Below are positions 10,150 to 18,211 of a DNA stretch of 32,000 nt, piece after piece (the first letter of the stretch is position 1; each line of letters opens with the position of its first letter). The DNA is taken from NCBI RefSeq assembly GCF_000829235.1, contig NZ_AP012549.1, positions 1,770,001-1,802,000 of the forward strand, given 5' to 3'. Below the pieces are notes generated by a model that ran no database searches, had not been told where the DNA came from, and saw only the letters and a program-made list of their open reading frames with translations. The DNA comes from a cyanobacterium endosymbiont of Epithemia turgida isolate EtSB Lake Yunoko (GTDB lineage Bacteria > Cyanobacteriota > Cyanobacteriia > Cyanobacteriales > Microcystaceae). Position numbers and translations under genes: made by a program.

Positions 10150-11211
10150 ATGTTAGATACCCAATCAGTTTTAGAAGTCTTACGTCCAATTCAGGACCCT
10201 GAACTTCAGAAAAGTTTAGTAGACTTGAATATGATTCGCAATGTAGTCATTGATGGCTCCCGAGTTAGTTTCACCCTAGTTTTGACTACTCCTGCTTGTC
10301 CTTTAAGAGAATTTATCGTTGAAGATTGTCAAAAAGCCGTTAAACAATTACCGGGAGTAAAAACTGTTGAAGTAGAAGTAACCGCCGAAATCCCTCAACA
10401 AAAAGTGTTACCCAACCAACAATCCGTCGCTGGAACCAAAAATATTATCGCTATTTCGAGTGGTAAAGGAGGTGTAGGGAAAAGCACCGTTGCGGTAAAT
10501 ATAGCTGTTGCTTTAGCTCAAACAGGAGCCAAAGTTGGTTTACTCGATGCTGACATTTACGGTCCCAATGTTCCGATTATGTTAGGATTAGCCAGCAGCG
10601 GATTTAAGGCCGAACAGGGGGCCCAAAGAGAAGTCCTAGAGCCTGCCTTTAATTATGGGGTAAAAATAGTGTCCATGGGCTTTTTAATTGAGCCTGATCA
10701 ACCGGTTATCTGGCGTGGTCCAATGCTAAATAGCATTATTCGTCAATTTCTCTATCAATTCAATTGGGGAGCTTTAGATTATTTGGTGGTAGATATGCCC
10801 CCAGGAACTGGAGACGCTCAGTTAACTCTCGCTCAAGCAGTTCCTATAGCAGGTGTTGTCATTGTTACGACTCCTCAAACCGTATCCCTGTTAGATGCTC
10901 GTCGTGGGCTAAAAATGTTCCAACAATTAGGGGTTAATGTGTTGGGGCTGGTGGAAAACATGAGCTATTTTATTCCCCCTGACTTACCTGATCGCACTTA
11001 CGATCTATTTGGTTCAGGTGGGGGTGAAAAGGCTTCTATAGAATTAAATGTTCCCTTACTCGGTTGTATTCCTCTCGAAATTGCCTTACGTGAAGGAGGA
11101 GATCAAGGAATTCCAATTGTTATAGGTGCCCCTGAATCGGTTTCGGCTAAAGCATTAACCCTACTCGCCCAAAAAATTGCTGCTAAGGTATCGGTAGCTA
11201 CTTTAACCTAA
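10150..11211 (+). CDS. apbC: Mrp/ApbC/NBP35-family Fe-S cluster carrier ATPase with an N-terminal DUF59 (MIP18-like) domain
   Basis: 353-aa ORF. DUF59-like N-terminus: VLEVLRPIQDPELQKSLVDLNMIRNV. Deviant Walker A: SGKGGVGKST. The ParA/MinD-like core includes DYLVVDMPPGTGD and VENMSYF. Confidence 0.93.
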   Translation: MLDTQSVLEVLRPIQDPELQKSLVDLNMIRNVVIDGSRVSFTLVLTTPACPLREFIVEDCQKAVKQLPGVKTVEVEVTAEIPQQKVLPNQQSVAGTKNIIAISSGKGGVGKSTVAVNIAVALAQTGAKVGLLDADIYGPNVPIMLGLASSGFKAEQGAQREVLEPAFNYGVKIVSMGFLIEPDQPVIWRGPMLNSIIRQFLYQFNWGALDYLVVDMPPGTGDAQLTLAQAVPIAGVVIVTTPQTVSLLDARRGLKMFQQLGVNVLGLVENMSYFIPPDLPDRTYDLFGSGGGEKASIELNVPLLGCIPLEIALREGGDQGIPIVIGAPESVSAKALTLLAQKIAAKVSVATLT

Positions 11212-11246
11212 GTTAAAAACCTATTTCAAATGAGGAGGTTTCCTGA

Positions 11247-12500
11247 ATGATGCCTAGACTTGCTAAAAGACGACGTTTACCTTTGTGGTTATATAACCTA
11301 GGCCAAGTTGATTGGCTATTAATGTTTTTAACTGTGGGTTTAACCGGTTTAGGAGGGTTGATGATCCGCAGTACCGAACTTCTAGAAGGATCGGTAGATT
11401 GGTGGCAACATTGGATTTTTGGGATAATAGGGTTAGTGATCACTTTGACGCTAGCTCGCTGGAGATATGAACCTCTTATACAGTTGCATTGGGTGACCTA
11501 CGCTATCACCAATATTTCTCTCATTGCGGTGATTATCATTGGAGTAGCGGCTAATGGAGCGCAAAGTTGGATTAGCATTGGTAGCTTTAATATTCAACCT
11601 TCAGAATTTGCTAAAGTTGGTCTAATTATTAGCTTAGGAGCTCTGTTACATGAAAGACAAGCCACAACAATCCCAGCCGTCTTAAGAATTTTTGTGGTAA
11701 CAGCAGTTCCTTGGATGCTGATCATGTTACAGCCAGATTTAGGGACAGGGTTAGTTTTTACAGCAATTACCTTAGGAATGTTGTACTGGGCAAACATGCA
11801 CCCAGGATGGCTCATTTTAATTTTATCTCCCCTGGTTTCTGCGATGTTAGTCAACGTCTTGCCCCTGGGTTGGATTATTTGGACAGTGATCATGGGTTCA
11901 ATTGCTTGGTTTACTTTACCCATGCGTTTTGTTTTTGCCATGGGGGCGGTCGCTGTTAATATAGTAGCAGGGCAATTAAGTGGTGTGTTATGGAGATTAC
12001 TCCAAGACTATCAAAAGGATCGCCTAACTCTTTTTTTAGAGCCAGAAAAAAATCCTCTCGGTGGAGGTTATCAGTTAATTCAGTCGCGCATTGCTATTGG
12101 TTCGGGAGAATTATGGGGACGAGGACTGCATCAGGGAACTCAAACTCAATTAAATTTTATTCCTGAACAACATACGGATTTTATTTTCGCAGCAGTCGGA
12201 GAAGAGTTTGGTTTTATTGGCAGTATTTGTGTTTTATTTGCCTTTTGGTTAATTTGTTTTCGCTTAGTAATTATTGCCTGTAAGGCCAAAGAAAACTTCG
12301 GGTCTTTATTAGCTGTTGGAATGTTATCAATGATCGCATTTCAGGTTGTTGTTAATATATGTATGACGGTAGGTTTAGCTCCTATTACGGGAATCCCTTT
12401 GCCCTGGTTAAGTTATGGTAGATCAGCATTACTAACTAATTTTATTGCTCTAGGGTTGGTGGAATCTGTTGCTAATTATCGTACCCAGAAAAGACTTTAG
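11247..12500 (+). CDS. rodA: SEDS-family peptidoglycan glycosyltransferase (FtsW/RodA/SpoVE), RodA-like
   Basis: 417-aa polytopic membrane ORF with ATG 8 nt after GAGGAGG. Motifs: GAQSWISIGSFNIQPSEFAKV, GGGYQLIQSRIAIGSGELWGRGL, IPEQHTDFIFAAVGEEFGFIGS, PITGIPLPWLSYGRS. RodA versus FtsW is a judgement call; the QPSEFAK and GYQ..QS.IAIGSG patterns favour RodA. Confidence 0.85.
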   Translation: MMPRLAKRRRLPLWLYNLGQVDWLLMFLTVGLTGLGGLMIRSTELLEGSVDWWQHWIFGIIGLVITLTLARWRYEPLIQLHWVTYAITNISLIAVIIIGVAANGAQSWISIGSFNIQPSEFAKVGLIISLGALLHERQATTIPAVLRIFVVTAVPWMLIMLQPDLGTGLVFTAITLGMLYWANMHPGWLILILSPLVSAMLVNVLPLGWIIWTVIMGSIAWFTLPMRFVFAMGAVAVNIVAGQLSGVLWRLLQDYQKDRLTLFLEPEKNPLGGGYQLIQSRIAIGSGELWGRGLHQGTQTQLNFIPEQHTDFIFAAVGEEFGFIGSICVLFAFWLICFRLVIIACKAKENFGSLLAVGMLSMIAFQVVVNICMTVGLAPITGIPLPWLSYGRSALLTNFIALGLVESVANYRTQKRL

Positions 12501-12586
12501 TTATTAACTAAAAACTACTAGTTGATATTTGATTAATTTAGTTTAATATCTTTTGTTTAACGAAGGAAAAAAATTTTCCCTTTTAA

Positions 12587-12868
12587 CTACTTCCGATCAT
12601 AGGTTCCATGAACTTTAGCATAATAGTCTAAAATTCTTTTAATCTGGTGTTTTTCTGGAATATTAAGGGAACTCGGATACTGAATTAATAAAGTTTCCAC
12701 TTGACTTTGAGTATAATCAAACTGTTCTGACTGTTGAGGAACTAACTCAGTGGTAACTCCCTTGACTTGTTGCAAATGAGCCGCTAATTCTCGATATACT
12801 GCTAGAGGTAAATTAGGATAGGTAATTTGTTCCTGTTGTTGTTTAACTGTTGTTTTTTTCATGTTCAT
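12587..12868 (-). CDS. Hypothetical protein (93 aa)
   Basis: Clean ORF with ATG 3 nt after a GAGGT Shine-Dalgarno-like element. Its composition is less AT-skewed than the flanking DNA. I recognise no family. Confidence 0.55.
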   Translation of the reverse strand: MNMKKTTVKQQQEQITYPNLPLAVYRELAAHLQQVKGVTTELVPQQSEQFDYTQSQVETLLIQYPSSLNIPEKHQIKRILDYYAKVHGTYDRK

Positions 12869-13442
12869 TACCTCAATTTTACCTCATCATGAACTTAAAG
12901 TCAGTTTACCAGTTCTACATTAATAATCACCTTGTTTACGCGTAATTTAGGAATTACTCTATTAAATTCTGTTTTATGAGCTGATTTTAAAATATAAGAG
13001 TTTCTTAAACGAATGGTAAAATTACCTTTATTGCATATCTAAACAAATGATAACTCCTATCTTTTTATCTTCGACTTGCAATAGAAATTTTTGATTTGAA
13101 TATGCGAATAGTCTACACTACGAAAAAATACAACTGGCTGCATTACCACTTGAAGATTTGTTCTTTTCCAAAATAAATAATGTCACCTATATTTAATTTA
13201 GGCTTGATAACACTAATTTTTAGACTACCTAATCAAATTAGGAACTTTAATATCCCTTTCTTTGATGGTTTCTTTAAGGTTTCTTTAACAGGAGGTTCAA
13301 CCAGACCTTAGGGGATTTCCTAAAAAACACAAAATGTCTAAGCTATCCTGCTTTAGGACAACATAAGGTTTATCCCCATTGATATTATTAACAGCGTAAA
13401 CCTTTATCTTCCGATTGGGAAAGTTAAAAGTAGCCCTTACCT

Positions 13443-13524
13443 AGTGAATTAACACCTGAATACATCTTCGTAAGCTCCTTTATAGATGTATTTGTTGTAA
13501 ATCTAATAAAGGAATATTAGCCCA
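13443..13524 (-). repeat. Degenerate direct duplicate of an internal aroH segment, abutting or overlapping the aroH stop
   Basis: 13443-13524 aligns without gaps to 13612-13693 (inside aroH), with 70 of 82 positions identical by my count and an offset of 169 bp. The duplicate reads WANIPLLDLQQIHL*RSLRRCIQVLIH* against the functional HWDNVPLLDLQQMHVEGSLQRCIRVLIHFN. Confidence 0.85.
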
Positions 13525-13903
13525 ATTTTATAAAATGCCAGTCGGGGCGAAGGTTACGAGCATCTCGTAAATAAGAATGGTGTATTTCTACTTGAGGCTT
13601 TGGGGTGTTGAAGTGAATTAACACCCGAATACATCTTTGTAAGCTTCCTTCAACGTGCATTTGTTGCAAATCTAATAAAGGAACATTATCCCAGTGCGGA
13701 CGTTGACGGGCGATCGCTGCTGGAAAGATGGCATCAAGATCCTTGGTAGTGGTAAAGGTTGCACTAACTATGTCTTCGGGATCAAGTTGGTTGAGGATTT
13801 CGATCGTTTCAAGCAATTCGGTCACAGCATCCTTTATTGCTTCTTTGGTGTTGTCTGATACTGTGGTTGCTCCTCGAATGCCCCGCACTTTGCAATTCAC
13901 CAT
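13517..13903 (-). CDS. aroH: Chorismate mutase, AroH (monofunctional, B. subtilis) class
   Basis: VRGIRGATTV...IVSATFTTTKDLDAIFPA...LQRCIRVLIHFNT...LRPD matches AroH-type chorismate mutase end to end. I prefer ATG at 13903 (GGAGGG 6 nt upstream) over the track start at 13933. Confidence 0.9.
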   Translation of the reverse strand: MVNCKVRGIRGATTVSDNTKEAIKDAVTELLETIEILNQLDPEDIVSATFTTTKDLDAIFPAAIARQRPHWDNVPLLDLQQMHVEGSLQRCIRVLIHFNTPKPQVEIHHSYLRDARNLRPDWHFIKLG

Positions 13904-13940
13904 CAAATCCCTCCGACAACTTTTGCTTAACATTTAGAGT

Positions 13941-14759
13941 TTAGGGTCGATATAACCATAATGGTTGGCCATTGGTCACTAACTCAAATTTAACCCAATC
14001 TATTGCTACTCCTAACCCAGATTTGCTTTTATTCCGAGATAAAATTCGATTCCATAGAGGTTTAGGTTGTTCGATGGTATAACATTGGGCTTGATCGGGA
14101 TTAAGTCCTGCCAATTCAGCCGCCCAGCGACGGGCATCTTCTTCAGTTCCTAGTCGATCAACCATTCCTAATTCTAAGGCCTGTTGTCCGGTAAAAATGC
14201 GTCCATCAGCAAAACTTTTAACTTTCTCTACATCTAAATTACGACCTTGAGCAACGGTATTGACAAATTGTTGATAACTCACATTAATCATTTCTTGAAG
14301 AATAGTCTGTTCTTCTGCAGTTAATTCCCGATCAAAAGAAAGAATGTCTTTATAAGGTCCAGATTTAATTACTTTAAAGGAAACCCCAACTTTATCGAGG
14401 AACCGTTCGAGGTTATTTCCTCGCAAAATAACTCCAATGCTCCCAGTAATAGTCCCTGGGTTAGAAACAATATACTCTGCTCCCACCCCGATATAAACGC
14501 CTCCAGAGGCAGAAATATTACCAAAACTTGCTACTACTTTAACTTTTTTTCTTAATTTTTTGAGTGCCTCGTAAATCTCTTGGGAATCTGCTACCGTCCC
14601 TCCTGGAGAATCAATTCGTAGAAGTAAAGCGGGGAATTTTTTTTCTTTGACGATTTTTAAAGCTTTCAAAACATTTTTACGAGTTTCTGAGAAAATAGCA
14701 CCATTAATTTCAATACGGGCAATTTGTTTAGTTGGTCTAGGTTTAAACGGCCAAATCAT
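13941..14759 (-). CDS. sppA: Signal peptide peptidase SppA, 36K type (peptidase S49)
   Basis: 272-aa ORF with motifs LLRIDSPGGTV, NISASGGVYIG, GSIGV and the FTGQQALELGMVDRLG tail. It sits directly upstream of aroH on the same strand with a 7-nt gap. Confidence 0.93.
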   Translation of the reverse strand: MIWPFKPRPTKQIARIEINGAIFSETRKNVLKALKIVKEKKFPALLLRIDSPGGTVADSQEIYEALKKLRKKVKVVASFGNISASGGVYIGVGAEYIVSNPGTITGSIGVILRGNNLERFLDKVGVSFKVIKSGPYKDILSFDRELTAEEQTILQEMINVSYQQFVNTVAQGRNLDVEKVKSFADGRIFTGQQALELGMVDRLGTEEDARRWAAELAGLNPDQAQCYTIEQPKPLWNRILSRNKSKSGLGVAIDWVKFELVTNGQPLWLYRP

Positions 14760-14829
14760 AAGCGTTTTTTAATTGTTCAAAAGAAAAGATAAAAATTGTG
14801 GATTTTCTAGACTTAAGTATGATACGGGT

Positions 14830-14943
14830 CAAAAACTGCAAGTCTTATTCTGAGTAGATTCTTTAACTCCAGACACTTAATTTTTATAAAAATTAAGTGT
14901 CTGAGATCTTAAAACCCTTGTAGAATGATACTTGCAGTTTTTG
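14830..14943. repeat. Nested inverted repeats between the decarboxylase gene and sppA (possible terminator or cruciform)
   Basis: The outer 14-bp arms caaaaactgcaagt (14830-14843) and acttgcagtttttg (14930-14943) are exact reverse complements. The inner perfect 34-bp palindrome is cagacacttaattttta|taaaaattaagtgtctg (14870-14903). Both outer arms carry a T5 run when read toward the stem end. Confidence 0.85.
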
Positions 14944-15034
14944 ATTTAATTGTAATGTCTTCATAGCTAGTTTAGAAAAGCCAAGATTATTTTGCCCAGT
15001 CCTAAATTGTAACATCTTTCATTAATGTTTTCCA

Positions 15035-16516
15035 TTAAGCCAATACTTTTATTTTTTGTAAGTTGGAATCGCTACAGCCAATAACACTAGCTCCTAGAGC
15101 TAACACTGTTTGTAAATATTCAAAGGTCTGATCGGTAATTTTTTCCCCTGGCATTAAAATAGGAATTCCTGGAGGATAAGGACAAATTAAATCCCCACTA
15201 ATTCTGCCAATACTACAGTTTAAATCAACCATTTCTGTTACAGCAAAAAAAGTTTCACGGGGGGAGATGGGAAGATGGGGAGATGAGGGGATGGGGAGAT
15301 GGGGAAATGGAGGGATGGGGAGATGGGGAGAAAAATAGGAGTTACTTAAGATTTGGAAAGCTGCTATTAGTTTAGTGATATCATCTGTTGTATTACCCAT
15401 AGAAATAATAAATGCTAAATGACGTAACATGGGTAATTCTGCCGTTATTCCTAATTGTTGATGAAAAATTTCATCCACTTCAAAGCCACTTAATCCCAAG
15501 GCTGTAATATTCACCGTTAATCGCGTAGTATCTAAGTAATAAAACCCGTTAATAGGTTTTTTAAAATCTAAAATAGATAAGCCTTTAATTTGACTTAATT
15601 GTTGCCTAGCTTTTTCGGAAAATTTAAGAGTTTTATCCAATAATTCTTTTCCATGTAATGCCATTTGTTGTCTTGCTGCATCCAAAGATGCTAACAATAA
15701 ATAACTTGGACTTGTAGACTCAATCAACTGTAAAGCACGACTAATTTTTTGGGGATCAATGCGTGTACCTTGAAGATGTAACATAGAAGCCTGAGTCATG
15801 GCTCCTAATACCTTATGGGTCGATTGTACGGTTAAATCGGCTCCCATTGATAAAGCACAAGGAGGCAAGTCTTGATGAAATGTAAAATGCCCTCCGTGAG
15901 CCTCATCGACCAGCAAAGGAATTCCCTGACGATGAGTTATATCTGCGATCAATTTTATATCCCCACAAATACCATGGTAGGTGGGGTAAACTATCATAAC
16001 CGCCTTAACATCAGAATTTTCTTCTAACACCTGTTTTAAGGAATTTGGAGTAATGCTATAGGAAAGATCCCAAAGAGGATCATAATAAGGATTAAGAAAA
16101 ATTGGAACCGCCCCCGACAGAATTAACCCCGCAATCACTGATTGATGAATATTACGAGGTAAAACAATTTTATCTCCTGGGTTACAAGTAGCTAAAATTG
16201 CTGCAACAATACCACAAGTTGAACCATTCACTAAAAACCAGGTTTTTTCTGCCCCAAATGCCTCGGCTGCTAATTCCTGCGCTTTTTGAATCACTCCTGA
16301 TGGGGCAAATAAATTATCTAATTCGGGTAACTCTGGTAAGTCAGCAGTAAATACAGTTTTTCCTAGTAACTTTTTTAAGGATTGTGATATTCCTTGCCCT
16401 TGTTTATGGGCAGGTGTATGAAAAGCTATATTTTTTTGAGCTATTGATGTTCTTAATGCCCCAACGAGGGGTATTTTATATTGAGAGTTCAAAAATGTGT
16501 ATTGCGATGAGTTCAT
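15035..16516 (-). CDS. PLP-dependent Orn/Lys/Arg decarboxylase family protein (OKR_DC_1 fold)
   Basis: 493-aa ORF. It has the HTPAHKQG N-terminal motif, STCGI, DEAHGGHF, and the PLP-lysine motif STHKVLGAMTQASMLH. The C-terminal domain reads PYPPGIPILMPGE. It carries a 24-aa PHLPIP-type insert encoded by the repeat at 15259-15330. Confidence 0.9.
   Translation of the reverse strand: MNSSQYTFLNSQYKIPLVGALRTSIAQKNIAFHTPAHKQGQGISQSLKKLLGKTVFTADLPELPELDNLFAPSGVIQKAQELAAEAFGAEKTWFLVNGSTCGIVAAILATCNPGDKIVLPRNIHQSVIAGLILSGAVPIFLNPYYDPLWDLSYSITPNSLKQVLEENSDVKAVMIVYPTYHGICGDIKLIADITHRQGIPLLVDEAHGGHFTFHQDLPPCALSMGADLTVQSTHKVLGAMTQASMLHLQGTRIDPQKISRALQLIESTSPSYLLLASLDAARQQMALHGKELLDKTLKFSEKARQQLSQIKGLSILDFKKPINGFYYLDTTRLTVNITALGLSGFEVDEIFHQQLGITAELPMLRHLAFIISMGNTTDDITKLIAAFQILSNSYFSPHLPIPPFPHLPIPSSPHLPISPRETFFAVTEMVDLNCSIGRISGDLICPYPPGIPILMPGEKITDQTFEYLQTVLALGASVIGCSDSNLQKIKVLA
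15259..15330 (-). repeat. Nine tandem imperfect copies of an octanucleotide (CTCCCCAT on the coding strand), in frame inside the decarboxylase CDS
   Basis: The plus strand parses as ggggggag|atgggaag|atggggag|atgagggg|atggggag|atggggaa|atggaggg|atggggag|atggggag, which is 9 x 8 = 72 nt. It translates to SPHLPIPPFPHLPIPSSPHLPISP, an 8-aa period equal to 3 units. Confidence 0.95.
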
Positions 16517-16759
16517 AGGTTATGGAACATCCGTTTATAATATTGACGTGTCTGGTAATTGATAGGGAGAATTTGGTCATGTTCAAGGTTAAATTAGGAT
16601 TTGATATAATGATCTTCTCTTTAGATAATATTTATAATAACTTTGCAGTCCCTAACAATTAACTAACTACTTGGCGTTGTATAAAACATAATAGGGTGAT
16701 CACTGTTGAAGTAGAAGATATCAAAGGAATTAATTGTAGAGAATAACCAGATAATAGGA

Positions 16760-16796
16760 TTCTTACCTTATTTTTGTAACAAAAACAAGGTAAGAA
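16760..16796. repeat. 17-bp-stem hairpin (1 mismatch) in the divergent promoter region
   Basis: ttcttaccttatttttg - taa - caaaaacaaggtaagaa. The arms are reverse complements apart from one A/G position. It lies between the divergently transcribed decarboxylase and COG0523 genes, so it is not in a terminator position. Confidence 0.8.
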
Positions 16797-17000
16797 TGGT
16801 ACATTGAATAAATAAATTGAGAAATTAACATAATATAACTCTTACCTAAAATGAAACTAACCCTTTTTAGCAACAGAGAATTGATCGAGAATTGCAGAGG
16901 TCGTTAGAATAGCATAAGTAACTGGACTCACTAATAGAAAAATTGATAAAAAAAGCGATATAATTACTCACGAAGGTAAAGCATTGGTGAAAGTAAAAAA

Positions 17001-17016
17001 TGTTATAATGGTTGAC
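17001..17016 (+). promoter_or_regulatory. Candidate extended -10 promoter (TGnTATAAT) plus a GGTTGAC element upstream of the COG0523 gene
   Basis: tgtTATAATggttgac lies 66-81 nt upstream of the ATG at 17082. The 14-mer TTATAATGGTTGAC shares 11 of 14 positions with TTATGATCGTTGTC upstream of znuA. There is no experimental support. Confidence 0.3.
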
Positions 17017-17081
17017 TTTATACTTTTATCGTAGCAGTCTTTATTCTAAAGTTTTATAAATGTATACAAACAGAGAAAATT

Positions 17082-18125
17082 ATGCAGATAATTAATAGAC
17101 AGCCAGAAACTCACGAAGTAATAGATATAGCCAAGCATGGCTTACCAGTTACTATTATTACAGGGTTTCTCGGTAGTGGAAAAACAACTCTTCTTAACTA
17201 TATTCTTACTAATCAAGAAGGATTAAAAACTGCAGTTCTTGTCAATGAATTTGGCGAGATTGGCATTGATAATGAACTTATTGTTGCTACTGAAGACAAT
17301 ATAGTAGAACTGAGTAATGGTTGTGTTTGTTGTACTATCAATGAAGATCTAATTCAAGCAGTTTATAAAATTTTAGAACGTCCTGAAAAGATTGATTACT
17401 TGATCGTTGAAACTACTGGAGTCGCTGATCCTTTACCAGTTGCTTTAACATTTTTAGGAACAGAATTAAGAGGTATGACCCACTTAGACTCTATTATTAC
17501 AATGGTAGATTGTTCTAATTTTAGTTTAGATTTATTTAATTCTCAAGCTGCTTATAGTCAAATTGCTTACGGAGATATTATTATTCTTAATAAGACAGAT
17601 TTGGTGAACAAATCAGATGTAGATGCTATAGAAATTCGAATTCGAGATATTAAAGAAGCGGCCAGAATTTTACGCACTCAACAGTCTGAAGTACCCTTAC
17701 CTTTGATTTTAAGTGTGGGTTTATTTGATTCTAGTAAATATTTTGCTTCTAAAGAAGCAAAAAAAAATCATGAACACGAAAACAAACATCACCACCATGA
17801 TCATTCTAACCATTTAGAAAATGATGGATTTATATCGATTTCTTTCGAAAGTGATAAACCTTTTTCAGTTCGTAAATTTCAGTACTTTCTAGATAATCAA
17901 CTACCTGAGAATATCTTTCGTGCTAAAGGTATTTTGTGGTTTGATGAAAGTCCCAAACGTCATATTTTTCACCTTAGTGGTAAACGGTTTACCTTAGAAG
18001 ATGATGAATGGAAAAAAGAGCCTAAAAATCAAATCGTATTAATTGGTCAAAATATTGACAGTCAAATATTGTATGAACAGATAGAAACCTGTATTTCTCT
18101 TCCTTTTAACAATAAAGCTAAATGA
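17082..18125 (+). CDS. COG0523 / CobW-family GTPase, zinc-metallochaperone type
   Basis: 347-aa ORF. P-loop: GFLGSGKTTLLN. Metal-binding motif: GCVCCT. Also ETTGVADP and NKTDL. A His-rich linker (NHEHENKHHHHDHSNH) precedes the CobW_C domain. Confidence 0.93.
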   Translation: MQIINRQPETHEVIDIAKHGLPVTIITGFLGSGKTTLLNYILTNQEGLKTAVLVNEFGEIGIDNELIVATEDNIVELSNGCVCCTINEDLIQAVYKILERPEKIDYLIVETTGVADPLPVALTFLGTELRGMTHLDSIITMVDCSNFSLDLFNSQAAYSQIAYGDIIILNKTDLVNKSDVDAIEIRIRDIKEAARILRTQQSEVPLPLILSVGLFDSSKYFASKEAKKNHEHENKHHHHDHSNHLENDGFISISFESDKPFSVRKFQYFLDNQLPENIFRAKGILWFDESPKRHIFHLSGKRFTLEDDEWKKEPKNQIVLIGQNIDSQILYEQIETCISLPFNNKAK

Positions 18126-18156
18126 TTTGGTAAATAAACAAAAATAAGATTTTGAT

Positions 18157-18211
18157 CAAACTGTAAAGCCCCAGGATCAACTAGTAGTTGATCCTGGGGC
18201 TTTACAGTTTG
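18157..18211. repeat. 55-bp perfect palindrome 32 nt downstream of the COG0523 stop
   Basis: caaactgtaaagccccaggatcaacta g tagttgatcctggggctttacagtttg. The 27-bp arms are exact reverse complements around a single central nucleotide. It is GC-richer than its surroundings and has no clear U-tract after the stem. Confidence 0.95.

Noticed and set aside
11213-11959. Track ORFs 11213..11443 (-), 11594..11941 (-) and 11711..11959 (+)
   Set aside because: They are antisense or out of frame within the RodA-like gene and are shadow ORFs.
13728-13937. Track ORF 13728..13937 (+)
   Set aside because: It is antisense to aroH and is a shadow ORF.
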